Source: Candidatus Caldarchaeales archaeon (lineage in GTDB: Archaea; Thermoproteota; Nitrososphaeria_A; Caldarchaeales; Calditenuaceae). Taken from it: DNA of 64,000 nt. This document shows, in pieces, positions 57,749-64,000 of this stretch; within the stretch, counting starts at the first letter, position 1; the number at the start of each line of letters is the position of its first letter. The notes under the pieces were generated by a model. The model was not told where the DNA came from and ran no database searches. It worked only from the letters and a program-made list of their open reading frames with translations. A program made the position numbers and the translations under genes. Location of the stretch: positions 55,466 to 119,465 of the forward strand of contig JBCNVM010000004.1 in assembly GCA_039630085.1 (NCBI GenBank). Direction: 5' to 3'.

Positions 57749-58651
57749 ATGGTGGCGAGGCTCGACGAGCTGGTCGGGTTCGAGCCCCTTAGCCCAGGCC
57801 ACTCGGCCTGCGCGGGTTGCGGCGCGATGGTTGCGGTGAGGCAGGTCCTGTTGGCTGTGCCTCAGCCCTACATCGTCGTGAACGCCACCGGGTGCGTCGA
57901 GGTCGTGACTACTCAGCACCCGAACACGGCTTGGAGGGTGCCGTACATCCACGTCGCCTTCGAGAACGCGGCGGCGGTCGCGTCGGGGATCGAGGCGGCC
58001 CTGAGGGTCCTGAAGGAGAAGGGGCTTGCAAGGGATCACAGGATCGTCGTGATAGCCGGGGACGGAGGGACCGCGGACATTGGCCTCCAGGCGCTCTCGG
58101 GCGCCCTCGAGAGGAGGCACTCCTTCCTCTACGTGTGTTACGACAACGAGGCCTACATGAACACCGGGATCCAGCGCTCCTCCCTCACGCCTCAAGGCGC
58201 GTGGACCTCGACGACGCCATTCGGCAAGGTCGGACCGAAGAAGGACCTGATCGCGTTCGCGGTCTCCCACGGCGTCCCCTACGCGGCTACCGCCTCGCCG
58301 TACTTCTGGAAGGACCTCGTCAACAAAGTGAGAAAAGCCCTGACCTTCGACGGACCCACCTTCATCCACGTACTGGCGCCCTGTAACAGGGGCTGGAGGT
58401 TCGACCCGTCACTGACGATGCGGATCGCGAAGCTCGCGGTCGAGACGCGGTACTTCCCGCTCTACGAGGTCGAGGAAGGGAGGTACAGGATCAGTTACTT
58501 CGTCTCGAGGCCCAAGCCGCTCGAGGAGTTCCTCCGCCTTCAGGACAGGTTCGGCTACCTCCTCAGGCCGGAGAACGCCCACCTCCTCGAGGAGCTGAAG
58601 AGGGAGGTCGAGGCCCGCTGGGAGAGGCTCATAAGGCTGGCGGGCTCGTGA
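57749..58651 (+). CDS. porB: 2-oxoacid:ferredoxin oxidoreductase beta subunit
   Basis: CAGC, ATGC, GDG, YDNEAYMNTG.Q. Confidence 0.92.
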   Translation: MVARLDELVGFEPLSPGHSACAGCGAMVAVRQVLLAVPQPYIVVNATGCVEVVTTQHPNTAWRVPYIHVAFENAAAVASGIEAALRVLKEKGLARDHRIVVIAGDGGTADIGLQALSGALERRHSFLYVCYDNEAYMNTGIQRSSLTPQGAWTSTTPFGKVGPKKDLIAFAVSHGVPYAATASPYFWKDLVNKVRKALTFDGPTFIHVLAPCNRGWRFDPSLTMRIAKLAVETRYFPLYEVEEGRYRISYFVSRPKPLEEFLRLQDRFGYLLRPENAHLLEELKREVEARWERLIRLAGS

Positions 58652-58691
58652 GCTGCTATAGGTCCGGCCCAGTCTGCGGTCGGTCGAGGCC

Positions 58692-59348
58692 TTAACGGTC
58701 CGAGTCGCGCATGATGCTTTTCAGTGCTCTGCCCTTATCGGTCAGCCTCACCGCAAGCGACCTGCCCGCCTTTTCTACCTCGATGAGCCCAAGCCTCTCG
58801 AGCTTCCTGATCCGCCTCCAAGCAGAAGTCTTGGGGAGATCTAACAACTCCGACAACACAGAAATCGAATACACGTTAGTTAGATGTTTCAGCACCAGTC
58901 TGTCTAAATGGTCGGTTTCGTTGAAAATGACCGGATCGAAGTAATCGTTCCTGAAGCTTATGTAGGCTGAACTGTCTTCGCTTTCAAGCTCAATGGTCAT
59001 ACGTGTCTTACTCATCAGCGCGCCGATCAGGCACTCGATCACGAGAAGCCTCATTCCTCCGCTCAAGTTGAGGACGGCGGTGTTTCCAGCCCACGAGTCG
59101 AACATCTCGACGAGCTCGCCGACGGTGCCGAAGAAGTCGTCCACGTTCACCTCAACCCTCTCAACGCCCTCGATCAGGAGGTATCTCCTTAGGATCTCCC
59201 TCAGGGACCCAATCGCCGATTCCGAACGTTCATCCACCCTGTGCGCAGGCGTTATCACTACAACGCGGTCTAGTTGAGAGTTAGAGTGCCGAATAACCGC
59301 CCTGACCGCGAACTTCTCGTCGAAGCCAAGTGTGACCGTCAGGATCAT
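58692..59348 (-). CDS. csa3: CRISPR-associated CARF-wHTH regulator Csa3
   Basis: TLGFDEKF, NLSGGMR, C-terminal HTH ending LT.KG; divergent from the cascade genes. Confidence 0.9.
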   Translation of the reverse strand: MILTVTLGFDEKFAVRAVIRHSNSQLDRVVVITPAHRVDERSESAIGSLREILRRYLLIEGVERVEVNVDDFFGTVGELVEMFDSWAGNTAVLNLSGGMRLLVIECLIGALMSKTRMTIELESEDSSAYISFRNDYFDPVIFNETDHLDRLVLKHLTNVYSISVLSELLDLPKTSAWRRIRKLERLGLIEVEKAGRSLAVRLTDKGRALKSIMRDSDR

Positions 59349-59353
59349 CGACT

Positions 59354-59389
59354 CAATAGTTTCTTTAAGCCGAAATAAAGTTTCTATTG
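59354..59389. promoter_or_regulatory. Interrupted palindrome in the csa3/cascade divergent promoter
   Basis: CAATAG-N3-CTTTA-N8-TAAAG-N3-CTATTG. Confidence 0.45.
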
Positions 59390-59462
59390 TTTCAAATTGA
59401 TGGAATGTATTCCGCTCCTATAGAATAAGTCTTATATACTATCTATTAACCTTCTCTGTCGC

Positions 59463-59909
59463 ATGATGAGGAGCGAGTCTGTCCAACAGGATCTTGCGCG
59501 ATTCAGGCCGATAGCCGTCTTGCTGGCTGCAGCCTCAGCCCTGAGCGGTTCCCCTTCAATGATAGATAGGATGGCTAACGCGTTGAGCCCTGAGCCTGCC
59601 ATTCGAACGCTACGGGACTCGCTGAGGCTAGTCGACAGCGAGCTATCGCGATCCGAGAGCGAGCGGAGGCTCAAGTTCGGCATCGGAACAGCAGCCACGG
59701 GGCGAGAGTATCGGGTCATCGAGGTGAAGGACGAAACCGGCGTATTCCAGATTATAGGACACCTGCCCAGCAGCGAGATGGTGAGGGAATTCATTGACAG
59801 AGTCCAAAACGATACTGCGCTCGCGAGGAAGATTGGCGCGTATGCTTCGGCAATATTGGTTGAATCGAGATCGAGAGCTCCTCTAGCTCAAGAGAACGAG
59901 GTGAGATGA
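59463..59909 (+). CDS. csa5: Type I-A small subunit Csa5 (Cas11)
   Basis: DRMANALS.E, LPS; first gene before cas7. Confidence 0.8.
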   Translation: MMRSESVQQDLARFRPIAVLLAAASALSGSPSMIDRMANALSPEPAIRTLRDSLRLVDSELSRSESERRLKFGIGTAATGREYRVIEVKDETGVFQIIGHLPSSEMVREFIDRVQNDTALARKIGAYASAILVESRSRAPLAQENEVR

Positions 59910-59910
59910 G

Positions 59911-60933
59911 GTGTTCCTAAGCATTTCCGTTAGGTGCCTGATGAACGTCGAGGCCCTCAACTCGGTTGAGACCGTCGGCAACCTGTCGAGGCATCGGACC
60001 GTCCCGATGGTGATCCCACAGCGCGACGGCTACACGCTGAAGTACGTGCCTGCAGTGTCTGGAGAGTCAATCGCCCACGGATATCAGGCCTTGTTAGTCG
60101 ACGTCGCGAAATCCTTGAGTCTGCCAGTTGGAGAGTTCTCATCTAGATATGAGTTCATCAAGTTCTCCGAGGATAGTTACCTAAAGGTGGAAGGCGTCGA
60201 GCCGCCAAAGAGCTACGATGACATCAGGAGGTTTGAAGTGGACGTGTTGCTAAAAGACGTAGTTGCTGACGTCGGCGGGTTCCTCTATACAGGCGACATC
60301 CCGGTCAAACGTACGTCCCGCTTCCAAGTTGGGTACATGATTCCAGCGATTCAAGACGTGCTCGACGCGACCGCGATGGAGGCGGAGTTCCACGTTCGGT
60401 ATCTGTTCTCGCAGGCTGAGGAGGGGGCTGCGCTCGGTCAGATCCCTTACAACGTGGAAATAGCTTCGTCCGTGTACACGTTAAACCTGAACATCGACTT
60501 GGCTGGGATCGGCGTCCCATCCAGTTCATTCGGGGGAGCCCCTAAGGGAGCGCGCGACGAACTCAAGAAGAAAGAGCAGGAGCTGCGTGAATCGATCCCC
60601 CGCAGGAGAAGGGCTGCCCTGATCGCGCTCCTCAAGCTGCTCGCTAACAACTCCTTCGGCGGGAAGAGGTCGAGATTCCTCCCTAACTCTGAACTTAGAT
60701 CGTGTGCGTTCGCGCTGGCCGACGATGCCTTCACGGTCTCTCCGGGGAACTACACCGATTACGTTCAAAGGACGTGGGCGCGGGCACAGAAATACTCGGC
60801 GCTGACTGGTCATGCCGTTAAGGTGTGGTGCGTGAACAAGGAGGGGTTGAACGTGCCCGACGGAGTATCGAAGCGTGAGACTATCGAGGACATCTTCGAG
60901 GACATCATGAAACTAACCTTAGAGGGCAGATAG
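59911..60933 (+). CDS. cas7: Type I-A Cas7 (Csa2/DevR)
   Basis: ALN.VE..GN..RHR, VSGES.AH.YQ, DVGGFL, GGKRSRFLP. Confidence 0.93.
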   Translation: MFLSISVRCLMNVEALNSVETVGNLSRHRTVPMVIPQRDGYTLKYVPAVSGESIAHGYQALLVDVAKSLSLPVGEFSSRYEFIKFSEDSYLKVEGVEPPKSYDDIRRFEVDVLLKDVVADVGGFLYTGDIPVKRTSRFQVGYMIPAIQDVLDATAMEAEFHVRYLFSQAEEGAALGQIPYNVEIASSVYTLNLNIDLAGIGVPSSSFGGAPKGARDELKKKEQELRESIPRRRRAALIALLKLLANNSFGGKRSRFLPNSELRSCAFALADDAFTVSPGNYTDYVQRTWARAQKYSALTGHAVKVWCVNKEGLNVPDGVSKRETIEDIFEDIMKLTLEGR

Positions 60934-60943
60934 ACGACAGAAC

Positions 60944-61777
60944 ATGATGAGCCTGACAATAGACGTCAGACTTTGCTGGGGTTTCAGCGTCAAGACTCCC
61001 TTAGTCTCTAAGGCTCAGCATGCGTATTCCTCGCCCCCTCCGCCAACGACGATCATCGGAGCGGTCTCAAAGCCCCTGTGCGTGATGGGCAGGAAGGGAG
61101 AGATCATCGCCGTCCCTCGCAAGGGGGAGTCGACCCTCGGTTCGAGCGCGGAGCTTTACAAGGATATCTTCGCCTCTGCCTCCGCGTTCTTTACGGTTGA
61201 GGAGGACGGAGAAAGGCACATCGGAAAATACTGGGAGGACATAGTGAGGTATCAGACCTTGCAGTTCCAGAAGCCTGTGAGGCGAAGTCTGCCGCGATAC
61301 AGGTTCAACGTCGTACCTGCGGGCAAGGTCTACATGCCTTCTGGACTGATGAGGTTAGGCCTGCTCGTGAGGGAGGAGTCAGCGGAGGAGATGCTCGGGA
61401 AGGACTGGGAGCACTCACTACTCGTGGCGGCTAACTCGATCACGGCCATCGGCTCCAAGGAGAGCATCGTCTCGGTCGAAGGGGCGGACCTCAGGAAGGC
61501 CGCGGTCGCCGGGCGGGAGTTCAAAACCCACTACTATCATCCCAAGAGGTTGGTAGAGGAGGTCCTCGAATACGGGGGCGGGCCTTACGACCTGTCAGGC
61601 GTTTACACGGAGTCCTTCTGGGCGGTCGATTACCTCTGGGCAGGCGAGCCCGAATCGGAAATGTACGTCGTTCCCGGCAGTAGGGACCCGGTCTCAAGCT
61701 GCTGGATGAGGATCAGGTTGACCAATGGCAGCGAGGCCTACAAGGTGGGAGAGGATGGGCTCGCGGTCTTTAAATGA
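60944..61777 (+). CDS. cas5: Type I-A Cas5
   Basis: WGFSV, PPPTT.IGA, GSKES.VSV. Confidence 0.9.
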   Translation: MMSLTIDVRLCWGFSVKTPLVSKAQHAYSSPPPPTTIIGAVSKPLCVMGRKGEIIAVPRKGESTLGSSAELYKDIFASASAFFTVEEDGERHIGKYWEDIVRYQTLQFQKPVRRSLPRYRFNVVPAGKVYMPSGLMRLGLLVREESAEEMLGKDWEHSLLVAANSITAIGSKESIVSVEGADLRKAAVAGREFKTHYYHPKRLVEEVLEYGGGPYDLSGVYTESFWAVDYLWAGEPESEMYVVPGSRDPVSSCWMRIRLTNGSEAYKVGEDGLAVFK

Positions 61778-63415
61778 GGTTTATCGAGACGTCAGTAGCA
61801 AGCTGTTCAACGGAGACTCGAGGTCACTGCTAGAGAAGGCCCTCTCAGCCCTTGACGAGGGGGCGAGAGAGGGGTCGAAGACTCTGGTCTTCCTAGAGGC
61901 TCCGACGGGATACGGTAAGAGCACTCTCTCTCTCGCCGTTTACGTCGCGATCAAACTGGGGAGACCAGACCTGGGACAGAGGGTGATTCACGTTCTGCCG
62001 ATGCGTTCGATAGGGACGCACATGGTGAAAAAGATGCGGGAGTACGTGAAGAGGTTGAGCGAGACCGGGCTCCCGCTGTCGGAGAACGAGATAGGATTAC
62101 AACAAATGAGCTCTCCGGGAAGTCCCATGCTGTGCAAGAAATTCGTCATCACGACCCTCGACACGTTCGTCTCGTCGTTGTACAAGATCCCGCCGGTAGA
62201 GCTGAAGAAGCTTCTGACTAGGGGCTACGCTCACTATGAGGTGCCGCGTGGTTGCATCTATTCCGCGACCGTGATATTTGACGAATTTCACCTCTTTGTA
62301 GGCTCCAAATCTATCGTCGATGGACGGAGCAAGATGTTGACGGCTGCGATTACCAGTGTAATAGGTCTATTAGACAATTGGCGTTCCCGTTGCGACATCA
62401 ACGGCCACGATGCCTTCGCTCATGAGCAACAGCTACAATAAGAGAGAGGTTGAAACCGCGATAGGAGAAGACCTGCACGTGTCAGAAGATAAGTCCCTCC
62501 CGATCCGATTTCGAGTTCGTCAACAGGAAGATCAAGGTGGAGATCATTCGAGAGGAGGATAGATTGGATTATATCGTTGGAGCTGCGAACGAGCTGGGCC
62601 GTGTTCTGGTGATAGCCAACACGGTGAAGAACGCGATAGAGATCTACAGGTCCTTGCGAGGGATCGGAATCGAGCCGGTGATACTTCACGCGAAGATGAT
62701 CGAGGCCGAAAGAAAACGAAGGATGTCTGAGGTCGAGAGGGGGCCGTGCGTCGTCGTCAGCACGCAGATATTCGAGGCGGGCGTGGACATGAGCTTCGAC
62801 GCGCTGGTGACTGAGGCTGCCCCGCCGGATTCGCTCATTCAGAGGGCCGGGAGAGTTGCTAGGAACGGCGGATACGGTGAAGTGTTCGTCTATCCGCTGA
62901 GCGAGGACGGAAGAAGTGTGTACGCAGAGGAACTCGTGACGAGGACCCTTCAGAAGCTTTCCGAAACGAAAGAGTTGTCGTACGAACTCCTCGAGGCTTA
63001 CGACAGATACGCCAGCGCGCAACTAATGGAGAACGACCTATACACTCGGCTGAGGCGCATAGACGTCTATCCGTCGCTGTCTGCGGATGTCGCTACGAAA
63101 GTGTGGGAGGCCTATTGCGGTTTCGTTCGCGAGGGAGAGATGATTCCTGTCGTTCCTAGAGCCTATGTAGACGATTTCGTGAAAGGCCGTCGGGAGAGAG
63201 GCGATCTCGTCTTCACGGTGGGAGATGAAGAGTTCTGGAGGCTGTACGACCGCGGTCTGATCAGAGAGTTCGTCACCGAGTCGATGAACGTCACGCGACT
63301 CGGGAGCTTCAGACCGACTGCGGGGGCTGAATGCCTATCAAAGGAGTTCATTAAGAGAGACATCGTAGCCGCCGTTCTCGAAGATTACGACGAGGAGGTC
63401 GGAATGCAATGTTGA
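61755..63415 (+). pseudogene. cas3: Cas3' helicase with at least two frameshifts near 62375-62500
   Basis: APTGYGKS and DEFH in frame 3; TAT motif in frame 1; ANTV, STQ.FEAGVD, QRAGR.AR in frame 2. Confidence 0.85.
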
Positions 63416-64000
63416 CTGATTGCAAGCCGTGCGCCTATGAGGGTCAGCCTCTGATGCGGCACATCGAAGGGGTACTCAGCTACATCGACAAGATGATCAG
63501 CGGCGGTTACCACGAGACCGCTTCAAGACGTCTCAAAGTCGCGGGAATAGAGACGACTCCCGAGGAAGTCGAGCTGCACCTTAGGATCGCTGGAGTTTTC
63601 CACGATCTGGGAAAGGCCATCGAGGCGTATCAAGTGAACTACGGAGACGACTGCAGCTTAATCGAGAGAAGAACTCGCGGCTTTTACTTGCACGAAGTCT
63701 TCTCGGCGGTGTTCCTGAAAAGAGTTTTTGACGGTTCTGAGGTGAAGAGTAACCTCCCTTATCTGACCGTGCTCGCGGTTTTAGATCACTCTCACGCCAT
63801 GGGAAGGAACTTTAACGTCTTTAAAGAGGCCTTCTCGTCCGACCTGACCTTCCTCAGCCGCGAGCACAGAGATATTCATAACACCATCAAAAAACTTATA
63901 GAGAGTGGAGGATACGTCGATGACAAGTATATCACTAACTTGACCAGCTACGTATCCGAGAAGACAGGACTCGAGGCAGCACTTGTTTCAAAATCTCTCT
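63409..64000 (+). CDS. cas3'': Cas3'' HD nuclease, 3' partial (not in ORF track)
   Basis: CAYEGQPL..H, FHDLGKA, HEVFSA, HSHAM. Confidence 0.9.
   Translation, partial: MLTDCKPCAYEGQPLMRHIEGVLSYIDKMISGGYHETASRRLKVAGIETTPEEVELHLRIAGVFHDLGKAIEAYQVNYGDDCSLIERRTRGFYLHEVFSAVFLKRVFDGSEVKSNLPYLTVLAVLDHSHAMGRNFNVFKEAFSSDLTFLSREHRDIHNTIKKLIESGGYVDDKYITNLTSYVSEKTGLEAALVSKSL

Noticed and set aside
59389-59420. GTTTCAA resembling the start of a CRISPR repeat
   Set aside because: Single occurrence with no repeat-spacer periodicity

Overview
High-GC archaeal chromosomal segment. It carries aIF2-beta, aIF6, L13e/L31e/L39e, TiaS, PINA, NAC and Hef. L13e plus several thaumarchaeal-like conserved hypotheticals suggest a TACK thermophile, plausibly Aigarchaeota/Caldarchaeales; that placement is inference. 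About 1-47 kb is dense housekeeping and metabolism: translation, tRNA modification, amino-acid biosynthesis, ABC exporters. About 37.5-43 kb and 48.5-53 kb hold partly lower-GC lipid/acyl-scavenging genes. A four-subunit 2-oxoacid:ferredoxin oxidoreductase operon follows, then a lower-GC type I-A CRISPR-Cas interference module (csa3, csa5, cas7, cas5, frameshifted cas3', cas3'') that runs off the window. I saw no CRISPR array, tRNA, rRNA or transposase. Most interesting: an LbpA/GcvH-like lipoyl domain fused to a TusA sulfur carrier; a second GcvH paralog lacking its lipoyl lysine; two related intergenic box C/D-like elements; a nuclease-less Hef followed across an AT-rich patch by a wHTH/OB-like ORF; and a doubly frameshifted cas3'. 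All calls come from motif recognition by eye, with no database searches.
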